Positions 30,332 to 42,287 of a stretch of 64,000 nucleotides of DNA are shown piece after piece. The notes under the pieces were generated by a model, which saw nothing but the letters and a program-made list of their open reading frames with translations, was not told the DNA's origin and did not search any database. Numbering within the stretch: position 1 is the first letter of the stretch; each line of letters starts with the position of its first letter. The translations under genes were made by a program, and so were the position numbers. The DNA is from an uncultured Gammaproteobacteria bacterium (GTDB lineage Bacteria > Pseudomonadota > Gammaproteobacteria > CAWCPV01): NCBI GenBank assembly GCA_963797555.1, contig CAWCPV010000004.1:640001-704000 (forward strand), given 5' to 3'.

Positions 30332-31395
30332 TCAAGACCTCCACAAACCGGCAGAAAATCTTGGGACAGTGAGGCAGAGATAGAGTTTGTCGGTATCTGC
30401 CTTGATGGGCGGCCGGATACCGTCAAAAGTATCCGGGTCTTCGGCTGTATCCGCCTCCACTGTGATGCGGTCGCCCTTCTTCACCCGCGAAGAGAGCCGC
30501 AGTTTCTTCACCACCACCACCACCACGCCGCTGATGCCGCTGCCTACGGCATATACGAACTGGAAGCCCCTCTGGCGCAGTGGATTAAGGTCGTAGACGC
30601 GCTCGTCTCTCGGACCGGGCGGTAGGTTGCGCAGCTTCAGAATCGCCGTTGCGAACATCGCCTGTAGCGGCTCGATCGCCTTGTAGGAGCCGCGGAAGTT
30701 CAGGTCGAGCGAGCCGTCACGCCGTGAGTAAACATAGATGACCTCGAAAGCGGGATTGTGGGGCGGCGGCCAAACTCACCATTCACCCATTCGACGCTGT
30801 GCTGCGAGTAGTCCTCGGGATAGGCGAAAAAGTAATCCAGTTCTCCGCGGCGAAAGGGCTCCACCGCGCAGTTGTTGCCCCGGCCCTCGGTATGGTGGAA
30901 GTAGTCGCGGATCAGGCGGGCAAGTTGCAGAAGGCTGGCGTCGTCCACCGCTGCCGGCCGGTGCGACAGATTCTTGCGCTTGCGCCAGTAAGGGAGACTA
31001 TCCGCGTGGTAGAACAGGGTCGCACCTTTCCAGCAGTCGTTGTGGTCCAGGAAGACGACCATCGCCCGTTCGTAGTGGTTGGGCAGCGCCGACAACGACT
31101 CAACGAAAGCGGTGAGACCGTCCGGAGCTTCCCTCAACTGCCACCCCGCCTCGTCAATGATCGCCCGAAAGCCCTTCTCGCAACCCAGGTCGAAGATGTC
31201 CCGAAACTGCGCATCCATGGCATTGCGCTGACCGTCAGGCAGAGCCAGCCATGCCGCGAACAACTCGTCTGGCTTGGTCTCGTTCATGGCCGAGAAGTCC
31301 AGTTCGCCGAACAGCCCACGCTCGTGGAAGTAGCGGGCGAGCAGGGCGTTTGGCATCTGCCTAAAGAAGTCCTTCGATGAGTAATGCCGGGTCAT
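30332..31395 (-). pseudogene. Island-type conserved hypothetical protein, frameshifted (about 30760) and 3'-truncated
   Basis: ORFs 30700-31395 and 30332-30658 join by a frameshift (RRP/HNPAFEVIYVY..). Confidence 0.6.
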
Positions 31396-31490
31396 GCTGT
31401 CCCCCGCCACAAGTAGTTGTCACAGGCTTGGACTATACGGGACGTTGCAGGGCATTATAGTGCATTTGCATTTACCCACTGCGGAGGGGC

Positions 31491-31688
31491 ATGGCCAACA
31501 TCAAAATCGCCACCTTGACCTTTCGCATCGATCCGGGCGTCAAGGAGGCGCTGCGCATCACCGTCGCCCGCGAGCACCGTTCCATCGCCAATATGCTGGA
31601 GGTGCTGATCCGGGCCTATTGCGGGCGCAACGACATCACTATCCAGGAGCAACAGGCATTGCCTCTGGAAGTCGAACGCAGACGGTAA
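31491..31688 (+). CDS. Ribbon-helix-helix DNA-binding protein
   Basis: TLTFRIDPGVKEALR..EHRSIANMLEVLI. Confidence 0.8.
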   Translation: MANIKIATLTFRIDPGVKEALRITVAREHRSIANMLEVLIRAYCGRNDITIQEQQALPLEVERRR

Positions 31689-31717
31689 CCCGCCACGGCC
31701 ATCAAGAAGTCCGACTA

Positions 31718-32521
31718 GTGCGAGCCAATATCCCTCCCTCACCTGGATTTCCAGCGGCCGCACCAGCGTTGGATGCCTTCGGCCTCAAGTTCTCTTCCGG
31801 GGGCGCCCACATCAGCCGGACCATGATGTTGGCAGGAACTCGGCGCGGTGCTGGCCGGCGTTCCGCGGCTCCGGTGCTGCCGATTACCGCGAGGCCATTC
31901 TTCAGCGGAACGTGCTGGGCAAGACCACGGACAGCACCCGGCAGAAATCGCTGCGCCACTTGCGCGAGCTGTATGCGCTCAACGAAGCCACCCCCATTTT
32001 TGGACTCCTGCGAAAGCTCCACGCATTGGACGCGCGAGCCTGCCGCTCCTGGCCGTCCAGGTGGCCTGGGCGCGTGATCCGCTTTTGCGGGCCACGACCC
32101 CGCCGGTCATGGACGCATCGGAAGGCGAACGAGTTGAAACGGCCAGTCTGGCGCAGGCGTTCGAAGCTGCGTTTCCGAGTCAGTATTCGGAACTGAGCCG
32201 TAACAAGACCGCGCGAAATGCCGCCTCCTCTTGGACCCAGTCCGGGCACCTCGCCGGTCGCGCGAAAAAGACCCGCCAGCGGATCAAGCCCACAGCAGTG
32301 GCCGTCACCATGGCCTTCTTCCTTGGGAATATCGCCGGCTACCACGGTGCGGCGGTCTTTTCCAATCCCTGGTGCCGCGCTCCTCGATCTGAATGCCGAC
32401 CGTGCCAAGGCCATGGGCTTGGAGGCCCATCGGGCCGGGACTGCTCAACTTGCGTGCGGTGGGTGAAGTCGTTGAACTGAGCTTCCCGCTGCTCGCGGAA
32501 TTTCAAACCGAGCCGTCATGA
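31718..32521 (+). pseudogene. brxA: BREX BrxA-like protein (frameshifted as assembled)
   Basis: GAHISRTMML, NVLGKTT.STR..LRELY, RNAASSWTQSGHL; first gene of the operon. Confidence 0.7.
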
Positions 32522-33078
32522 GCGCCATCGACCGTCTGCTTTCCAACTACTCCCGCCAGGTGCGCCTGCCCTGGTCAGCCCAACATGTCGGGCAAGCAGC
32601 GCGTCTGGTTTGCGGTGTATCCGCCGGCAGAAGAACGGCGGGTACGGGCGCGGCTGCCGCAGTTTGAAGCGCTCACGCTCGAAGCCAACCACGGATGGGC
32701 CACCGTTGACCTCACGCGACCTTCTGCCGGAATGGATCTGCGGCCCACGAGTATCGCGAAGCGATCTTCGCAGAGCCGGAGCATTTCAGCGCCAACAGCG
32801 AGCTCGAAGACCTGGCCGTTGAGCGGGTGCGTCAGGCCTGGTCCGGCGAGGATGTCAATGCTGCCAGCGTCGTGGCCGTCACCGGGCTCGCGTCGCTGTT
32901 CGACTTCATGCGGGTATCCAGCCTGATCGAGCGGGTCGAAGACTGCGTGCGCGGTCGCTTGCTGGTGCTCTTCCCGGGCGAATACGTCGGCAACGTCTAT
33001 CGCTTCATGGACGCACGCGACGGCTTCAACTACATGGCCGTTCCCATCACCTCAACCGAGAGCTTCATCAACCCATGA
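32518..33078 (+). pseudogene. brxB: BREX BrxB (DUF1788) (frameshifted)
   Basis: VYPPAEERR, GRLLVLFPGEY..YRFMDARDGFNY; ATGA overlaps on both sides. Confidence 0.8.
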
Positions 33079-36000
33079 CCAACCGCGAACTTTACTTCCG
33101 CGATCCCACCACCCTCGAGCTGCTCAACAACGGCGTCTCGAAGGTTTCCGAATTCGGCCACGACGCAGCGCCAGATCAGGACGCTCCGTTTTGAGCTGCG
33201 AGAACTTTGTCTGCGATGGCGAATACGCCCGCGGGCTGGAGCGGATTCTCAAGGCCTACCTCGATGGCCTCGGGCGAGAGGAGCAGAAGGCCGTCTGGGT
33301 CAGCGGCTTCTTCGGCAGCGGCAAGTCTCATCTCGTCAAAGTGCTGCGCTATCTCTGGGAGGATTACCACTTCGCCGACGGCGCCACCGCCCGCTCGCTC
33401 GTGAAGCTGCCAACGGAAATCACCGATCTGCTCACGGAACTGACCAATCGCAGCAAGCCACTCGGTGGCTTGCGCGCCGCAGCGGGCACGCTCGGCGCGG
33501 GCTCCATGGACAACGTCCGCCTGGCGTTCATCCAACTGGTGCTGCGCGCCGCCGGCTTGCCGGAGAATCTCGCGCAGGCCAGATTCATCCTCTGGCTGCG
33601 CTCATCTGGGCTGGAGGCCAAGGTCGAGGCGGCACTCAAGCAGCAGAATCGCGAGCTTGCCCGTGAAGTCCTCAGCTTGAAGCTCTCCGATTCCGCTTGC
33701 CGAGGCGCTCGTCAGTGCCGAGCCCAAATATGCCACGGTCGCCAACGCGCAGGAGGCCATTCGTGACCGGATTTCCCGGAAATCACGTCGCCCAACAATT
33801 GACTCAGGCGCTCGACTTCGTCCAGCAGATCTTCGGTGAGACAATGGCAACTTCCCTGCACGCTGCTCGTCGTAGATGAAATCCAGCAGTTCATCGGCGA
33901 GAAGATCCGAGCGGCGCGATGGATCTGCAGGAAATCGCCGAGCACGTGCTGCACCAAGCTGAACCAGCGCCTTCTCCTGGTGGGCACCGGCCAGTCCGCG
34001 TTGAACATGCCACGCCCAGCCTGCAACGGCTGCAGGCCCGCTTTGCAGTAAGCGTGCAACTTTCGGACACCGATGTCGAGAGCGTCATTCGCAAGACCGT
34101 CCTCCGCAAGAAGCCGGAGCAAGAGTCCAGCCATCGCGAAGTGCCTGGACGCCAACCAGGGCGAATTGGCCCGCCATCTCCAGAACACCCGCTTCGCCGC
34201 CACCCACGACGACGACAAGTTCTTCGTCGCCGATTACCCGCTGCTGCCCACCCGCCGGCGGTTCTGGGAGAAGGTGCTGCGCAACACCGACCACTCCGGC
34301 ACCAAGGCCCAGTTGCGCTCCCAGTTGCAGATCGTCTTCGAGGCGACGCGACAAACCGCGGCGGCTGCCGTGGGCACCGTGGTGCCGGCGGACTTCATCT
34401 ACGACCAGATTTCCACCGACCTCCTCAACTCCGGCGAGCTGGAGCGCGAGTACGACGAGATCATCCGCAAGCAGCGCGATGGCAGCAAGGACGGCGATCT
34501 GCGTTCCAGCCTGTGCGCCCTGATCTTCCTGATCGGCAAATTGCCCCGCACACCGGGTGCCGACGACGGCGTGCGGGCGAACGCCGAAACGCTGGTGGAC
34601 CTGCTCGTCAGCGATCTGAAGACGCGACCGGCCAGAAGCTGGAGCAGCAAGTCCCCAAGCTGCTCAAGCAGCTCGTGGATGCCGGCCAACTCATGGCGGT
34701 GGAAACCGAATACCGCCTCCAGACCCGCGAGGGCGCGCTCTGGACGCACGACTTCAACCGCCGCCGCACCGCAGCCCTCAATGACGACGAGCGCATCAAT
34801 TCCAAGCGCGCGGAACTGCTGCGCGACGGCACCAAGCAGGCGCTCAAGCCCGTATCGCTGCAGCAGGGCACTTCCCGCCAGCCGCGCAAGCTCGTCTTCG
34901 AGCTTTCCTCCAGCCGGCCCGCCTGCCAGCAGCGACGAGGTCACCCTGTGGATGCGGGACGGATGGAGCGACGACGAAAAGTCGGTCCTGAACGACGCCC
35001 GCGCCGCCGGTGTCGATAGCCCGATGCTCTTCGGCTACCTGCCGCGCCTGCACCACGAGGAATTGCGGCAGGCCATCGCCTCGCAACGTCGCCGCCCAGG
35101 AGACGCTGGACGCGCACGGGCCGGCCGGCACGCCGGAGGCCATCGAGGCCCGCAAGGCCGTCGAAACCCATCTGGAGGTGGCCCAGCACCGGATTCAGGA
35201 ACTGCTCGGTCACATCATCGGCGGCGCGAAGGTCTTTCTCGGCGGCGGGCAGGAGGCCAACGGCGTCGAGCTGGCCGACAAGGTGCAGGATTCCGCCAAC
35301 AGCGCGCTGGAGCGGCTGTTCCCGCAATTCTCCGAGGCGGATCACGCCAACTGGGGCCAGGTCGTCAGCCGTGCCCGCGGCTGGCGACGTCGGCGCGCTC
35401 TCGCAGGTGGGCTACCCCGGCGATGTCACCAAACATCCCGTCTGCCGTCGCGTGCTCGATTTCATTGGCGCCGGCAAGAAGGGCAAGGACATCCGCGAGC
35501 ATTTCAAGTCCGCACCCTTTGGCTGGCCGCAGGACGCCATCGATGGCGCGCTGTTTGTCATGCTGGTCGCCGGCAACCTGCGCGCCACTGTCAATGGCCA
35601 GCCGGTGCAGGCGCAGTCGCTGCCGCAGAATCAGGTGGGCGTCGCCAACTTCTACGTGGACGTGCCGCCGCTCAACGTGCAGCAGCGGCTCGACCTCAAG
35701 GCGCTGTTCCAGAAAACTCGGCATCACCACACAGAACGGCAAGGAATCCGAAGCCGCCGCGCAGTTCCTGCAAAAGCTGCTCGCGCTGGCGGAATCCGCC
35801 GGTGGCACCGCGCCCCGGCCGGAGCCGCCGGATACCCAGGACGTGCGCGCCCTGCAAATGCTCAGCGGCAATGCCCAACTGCTCAAGATCCACGAGCAGA
35901 AGGACGATCTCGCCGCCAAACTCGCCGCGTGGAAGAAGAACGCCGAGGCCATCGCCAAGCGCTGGCCCGCATGGGAACGGCTGCTCGACTTTCACAACTT

Positions 36001-36532
36001 TGCCGCCGGCCTGCCGGAAGCGGAGGCCTGCGCCAAATCCATCGCCGCCATCACCGAGCGGCCGCACGCTGCTGGCGGAGCCCGATCCCGTACCCGAGCT
36101 GACCAAACAGCTCACCACGGCCCTGCGCATCGCCCTCGGCAAATTGCAGGACGACCTCGCCGCCGCCTTCAAGGCCGGCGATGCAAAGCTCGCCGCCTCG
36201 CAAGTCTGGAGCGGTCGGACGACGAACAGCGCGCCACGATTGCCGCGGCCTGCCAGCTCACGCCGCCGCCCAAAGCCGCCATCGGCACCGACGACGAGAT
36301 CCTCGCCGCCCTGCGAGCCCGCACCCTGGCCGACCGGCGCAACTTGCTCGACGCCGTGCCGCAGCGTTTCTCCCGCGCGCTCGAAGAAGCCAGCCAAGCT
36401 GGCCACCCCGAGGCCGAGCGCGTCGCGCTGCCCGGCGCGACCATCAACAACACGGCCGAACTGGACCAGTGGCTCACCGGCGTGCGCCAGCAGGTGGAGG
36501 AAAAACTCAAAGATGGCCCGGTGATTCTATGA
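33075..36532 (+). pseudogene. brxC: BREX P-loop ATPase BrxC (many frameshifts)
   Basis: NNGVSKV, WVSGFFGSGKSH, VVDEIQQFIG, DYPLLP, PFGWPQDA. Confidence 0.88.
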
Positions 36533-39500
36533 GCACGCCTTCCCACGGAACTGCGCCGCCAGTTGGAGCGGGCGGCCAAGCAAGCCCGCAACGATCGCCG
36601 AGGCCGGCGCGCGCAAAGCGCTCGAAGCGCTGGCCGTGCATGAGCCTGATCCCTACCGGCACATGGATGAAGCGCAGCGCACACTGCGGCGCAAACTCCG
36701 CGCCCAGGCCAAACAACTGGGCGATGGCGAGAGCCAGGCCCGGCGCGGCGCTTACGAGATCAAGCACCTCGTCGAGAAGCTCGCCTACGACCAATGGCAT
36801 CGGCTGCTCTTCGCCCGCTTTCTGCTGGAGAACAATCTCCTCATCTCGCCGGAGCATGGCGTGTCGGTGTCGCTGGACGATTGCGAGGAACTCGCCCCGT
36901 CGCTGGGCTTGAAGGACGCCTGGGCGGTCGCCGCGCGCTTCGCCGCGGTCGAGCTGCCGGAGATTTTCCGCGCCGACGATCCGGCGGGCGCGGTGGAACT
37001 GCCCGTGGAGGACCGCAAGCGCGCTCATCCAGCTCGTCACGGGCTTGCCGGTGGAGGTGTTCACCGCCAGCGACAGCCTCGGCTGGTGCTATCAATTCTG
37101 GCAGGCGGAGCGGAAGGACGAGGTCAACGCCGCCGGCAACAAGATCGGCGCGGATGAACTGCCGTCCGTCACGCAATTGTTCACCGAGGATTACATGGTG
37201 GACTTCCTCTTGGACAACACGCTCGGCGCGTGGCACGCCGGCAAAGTCCTCGCCGCGAATCCCAAGCTGGCCGAAAACGCCCAGAGCGAAGACGAACTCC
37301 GCAAGGCCGTCGCGCTGCCGGGCTGCCCGTGGAAATATCTCCGCTTCATCAAAGGCAAGGACGGCAAGTGGACTCCCGCCGCCGGCACGTTCGACGGCTG
37401 GCCGAAGACGGCGAAGGAACTCAAGTGCCTCGACCCGTGCATGGGCAGCGGGCATTTCGTGGTGGCGATGTTCGAGCGGCTGGTGGCCTTGCGCATGGCC
37501 GAGGAAAAGCTGGACGAAGCGGCGGCGGTGGCGGCGGTCATCCGCGACAACCTGTTCGGGTTGGAGATTGACCCGCGCTGCACGCAGATTGGCGCGTTCA
37601 ACCTGGCGCTGGCCGCGTGGCGGCGCGTGGGCCACTGCACGCTGCCGGCGATGAACCTGGCCTGCTCCGGCCTCGCGCCGAACACCCGCGAAGCCGACTG
37701 GCTGGCGATTGCCGGCGACAACCAGAAACTCCAGCGCGGCATGGAGCGGCTTTACCGGCTGTTCCAAAAGGCGGCGGTGCTGGGCAGCCTCATCAACCCG
37801 CGCGCCGGCGAGGGCGATTTGCTGGTGGCCGCGTTCCATGAACTCCAGCCGCTGCTGGAAAAGGCGCTGGCGCAGGAGACCAAGGACGACACCGCGCATG
37901 AAATGGCCGTGACCGCGCGCGGCCTGGCCAAGGCGGCGGAAATTCTCGCCGGCCAGTTCACGCTCGTCGCCACCAACGTGCCTTACCTCGGACGCGGCAA
38001 GCAGGATGAGTGCTGAAGGACTACTGCGAGCGAGTTCATCCTGAAGCAAAGCCGACCTCGCGACATGTTTTGTCGAACGCTGCCTTGACTTCTGCGCCAA
38101 TGGCGGGAGCGACTGCGCTTGTCACTCCGCAGAACTGGCTGTTCTTGGGCACTTACAAGAAACTCCGCGAGCAGTCTCTTGAAGAATGCGAACTTGGAAT
38201 TTCGTCGCGAGACTTGGGCCGAAGGCTTTCGAGACAATCAGCTGGTGAGGTTGTCAATGTCGCGCTTGTTGTCATTACTCGCAGACACGCCCAATCAGCA
38301 AGACACAGTTTATTGGGCTTGATGTCGCCGACAATGCAACGCCTGAGCGAAAAGCTGACGCGCTGCATTCGAGCAAGTCGCTTCTCGTGCAGCAAGTCGA
38401 TCAACTGCAGCAATCCAGACGCCGAATGTAATTCGGATTGTCGACAGGACCGTCTGCAGCTTCTTGCGAGAATCTGCAGATGTGCTGTCACGGGCTGGCG
38501 ACACTGGCGATTCGTCACGTTGATCGATGCTTTTGGGAGATTGCCACAGTTGGCGAACGATTGGATGCTTTCAGCAGAGCACTGTTCGAAGACGCATGAC
38601 TATTCGGCGGACGCGAGCAGATTCTTGCTTGGGAAGATGGACAAGGCGCGCTTGCAAGCTGAGCAGCGAGCAATGCTGCGACGACCTGGCAACGTGGCAT
38701 GACGAGCTTGGGGCAAGCAGGGCGTTGCTGTTAGCCAGATGGGCGACTTGCCAGTGCACGCTCTATCATCGGCGAGATTTTATGATAACAACGTTGCAGT
38801 CATTGTCCCGACATGACCAGCACATCTGCCTGCGATTTGGGCGTTCTGTTCAGTCGCCAGATTTCGCGAGCGACGTTCGCGAGATTGACCAGAAGTTAAA
38901 CGTGACCAACGCCACGCTTGTCAAAGTTCCCTTCGACCTGGCGCACTGGCAGAAGGTGGCGGCGGAGAAATATCCGCACGGATTGCCGAAGCCGTTTTCC
39001 AGCGACCCGACGCAATGGCTGTTCAACGGCCACCCTGCCGGTGCAGACCAGCCGTTGCACGTGGCCGTGGCGCGGTTGCTCGGCTACCAGTGGCCGCGCC
39101 AGACCGGTTCAAGTTTTCCCGATTGCCCGGCGCTCGGCCCGGATGGTCTGGAAAAGCTGGCGGATGACGATGGCATCGTGTGCCATCAGTCCCGCCAAAG
39201 GCGAAGAGCCCGGCCGCCGAACGCCTGCGCGAACTCCTCGCCGCGCGCCTACGGCAAGGATTGGAACGCCACCCGGCACTGGAAGCTTGCTCGCCCAGGC
39301 GGATTACGCCGGCGCGACGCTGGAGGACTGGCTGCGCAACGGATTCTTCGAGCAGCATTGCGACGCTGTTCCACCATCGCCCCTTCATCTGGCACATCTG
39401 GGACGGTCGCAAGCGACGGTTTCAGCGCGCTGGTGAACTATCACAAGCTCGACCCACGCCAGACTCTGGAGAAGCTCACCTACGCCTACCTCGGCGATTG

Positions 39501-39959
39501 GATCCGCCGCCAGCAAGGCCGCCGTCGAAGCGCGAGGAAGCCGGCAGCGGACGCCAAGCTGCAGGCCGCGCAAGCAATTGCAGGACAAGCTCAAGCTCAT
39601 CCTCGAAGGCGAGCCGCCCTACGACATCTTCGTCCGCTGGAAGCCGCTCGCCAAGCAAGCCATCGGCTGGCATCCCGACATCAACGACGGCGTGCGGATG
39701 AACATCCGCCCGTTCCTGCAGACGTGCCGGACATGCAAGGCGCCGGCATATGCGCGTCAAGCCCAAATCAAATGGGACAAAGACCGCGGCAAAGAACCCG
39801 AGCGCGACAAGGCCGAGTATCCCGTGGTTCTGGGGCTGGGACGAGGAGAAGCAAGACTTCGCCGGGTCGGCAACGAGCCGGACGGCAATCGCTGGAACGA
39901 TTGCCACTACACGAACGAGTTCAAGAGCGACCGCCAGGCGGGCGCCGAAGACACGATGA
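36529..39959 (+). pseudogene. pglX: BREX adenine methyltransferase PglX (many frameshifts)
   Basis: LGWCYQFW, TQLFTEDYMV, LDPCMGSGHF, TNVPYLG, RPFIWHIWDG, DINDGVRMNIRPF. Confidence 0.88.
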
Positions 39960-42283
39960 GCACGGTCGCCGAACGAGTGGTCGCCGCCCTCAGAACAACC
40001 GCCCAAGCCTATGCCGCCGGCGATCAGGTCGCGCCTTGCGCGGTGCTCTGGACTGATCCCGAGCGCTTGTGGGAATGCGTCATGCCGGAGCTGCAGGCGA
40101 TGCTGCCGGAGCTGTTTCTGCTGGGCGGCTATGCCCCGGAAAAGCGCACGGGGCCGGCGCTGTGGCTGCGCTGCATCGAGGCGCGAGTGGTGGAGGGTGC
40201 GCCGCCGATGGGAACCACGCCGATCTTGTACCTGCCGGGCATCAGCCGCGAGCAGCTGCGCGCCGCGGAGGATTGTCCGCAGGAACTCGTCCGCCTTGGT
40301 TGAGTTGCAGTATCGAGGTGCGATGTGGCTGCACGTGAACGGCAAGGAATGGACGCCCTACGCCTTCCTGGTTTCCAAACACGGCGGCCTCGGTCTCGAT
40401 GTGGCCAAGGACCAGGCGACGCTCGACGCGCTGGCTGGGCGCTTGCCCCGCTGCATGGCGGAACCGATCCCCGGTTGCGGGGCAAGCGTCTGGATTCCGA
40501 GTTCTTCAACGGCCTGGTGGCGCCGGATGCGACCGGGCTGCTACTGCGCTGGCTGAGCGATCCGGAGGCGTTCAAACAGGCCGCTCGGACGCCGAATGGA
40601 AGGCCTTCTGCCAGCAATGCAAGGCGGATTCCGCTTTGATCCGGTCAAGGACGGCCCGCTAAAGGCGGCCGGAGCTGCTGGCTGCGCGCGTCAATCACTG
40701 GAGCAAGGCCTGGCAGCGCTTTGCCGAGTCGCCGGCGAATTATCCCGGGAGTCGTGGAATGGCTGAAGCGCGCCGCGCCCGAAACACCCCGGCATGTTCG
40801 ATACCGCCGAGGTCTGGCCGAGCATCAACGAGCGTGAAGAACGGAAGCTTGCAGCAGGCGCTGGAGTCGCTGGTGGATCGGCCGCAGGACGAGGTGATCC
40901 GCCGGGTGGCTGAACTGGAAGCGCAGCACGCAGAGCGGCGCGCTTACCCGTGGCAGAAGCTGGGGCTAAGCCCACTGGCGACCGCGCTGGAGCCGCTGGC
41001 GCAACTGGCCGGGCTGTGCCAGAGCGCGCCCGGCGCGCCCACTCCGGAAGCGTATGCAGCGTCTTATGCCAGCGACGGCTGGCGCGTGGATGCCGCCGCC
41101 CTGGCCACCATGGCGGCCTGCGGGTCGCCGGAGCAGCATGCTGCGGTGCTGGGGACGCTGCGGGCCGTCTATCTGCCGTGGCTCGAAAACACCGCCCGCC
41201 ACCTGCAACAACTGATTCGCGACAACGGACAGTCGGTATCCAAGCGCGCCAAGCCCATCGAAGCGGCGGCGGGGCGGCTCGTCGTTGTTTGCCGACGGAC
41301 TGCGGATGGACGTCGCCCAGCAGTTGGCCGAGAAACTGGCGGCGGCAGGAATCGAATCCACGCAGGACTGGGAGTGGTCGGCCATTCCGTCGGTGACGGC
41401 CACCGCCAAGCCCGCGGCGTCTCCCATCGCCGACGCTGTTCAGGGTGGCGAGGCCGAGCGATGAGTTCGCCACGCGGCTGGTTTCCACCGGGCAACTCCT
41501 GACGCAGGAGCGTTTTGTGACCGCCCTGAAAGACCGCGGATGGCAAGTCCTCGGATCGGACGAAACCGGCGACCCTGCCGGTTCGGCCTGGACGGAAGCC
41601 GGCGCGCTCGACAAGCGCGGTCACAGCGGAGGGCTGGAAGCTCGCTCGCAGCGTTGAAGTGGAGGTCCGCGATCTGGTCAGCCGGATCGGCGCACTGCTC
41701 AAGGCCGGCTGGACGGAGGTGGTGGTGGTGACGGATCACGGCTGGCTGCTGGTGCCCCATGGCCTGCCGAAGGTCGAACTGAAGGCATTTCTGACGGAAA
41801 CCCGCTGGAGTCGTTGCGCCGCGTTGAAGGCCGATGCGCAGACCGATGCGCTGGCGTTCAAGTGGCACTGGAACCCCTCGGTCATGATGGCCAGCCCGCC
41901 GGGCGCTGGCAGTTTCCGCGCGGCCATAGAGTATTCCCACGGCGGCGTGTCGCTGCAGGAAATGGTGACCCCCGTGCTGCGCGTGAAGGCCGCGCAGCCG
42001 GACGGGAGCTTCGGCCCGGCTGCTGGAAGCCAAGTGGACCGGGGCGAAATGCCGGGTGGTGGTCGGTGGCGCTTCTGCGGGCGTTCGGGTGGATGTCCGC
42101 ACCAGCCAATCCGACGCGAACACGTCGCTCCTGGCGGACAAGCAAGCGCGTGAGACCACAGCCGCCGGCAAGGTGACGGTATTCCTCGAAGACGATGCCG
42201 ACATCGGCAAAGAGGCCGAAATCGTTTTACTGGATGCTTCCGGGCAGGTGATCGGCGCCCTGTCCACCACGCTTGGACAATGA
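39956..42283 (+). pseudogene. pglZ: BREX PglZ phosphatase/phosphodiesterase (frameshifts)
   Basis: DGLRMD, PSVTATAK, VTDHGWLL, YSHGGVSLQEM. Confidence 0.88.
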
Positions 42284-42287
42284 CCTT

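Noticed and set aside
30508-30526. (CAC)6 tract as a phase-variation site
   Set aside because: In-frame triplet run inside a pseudogene; it has no switching effect.
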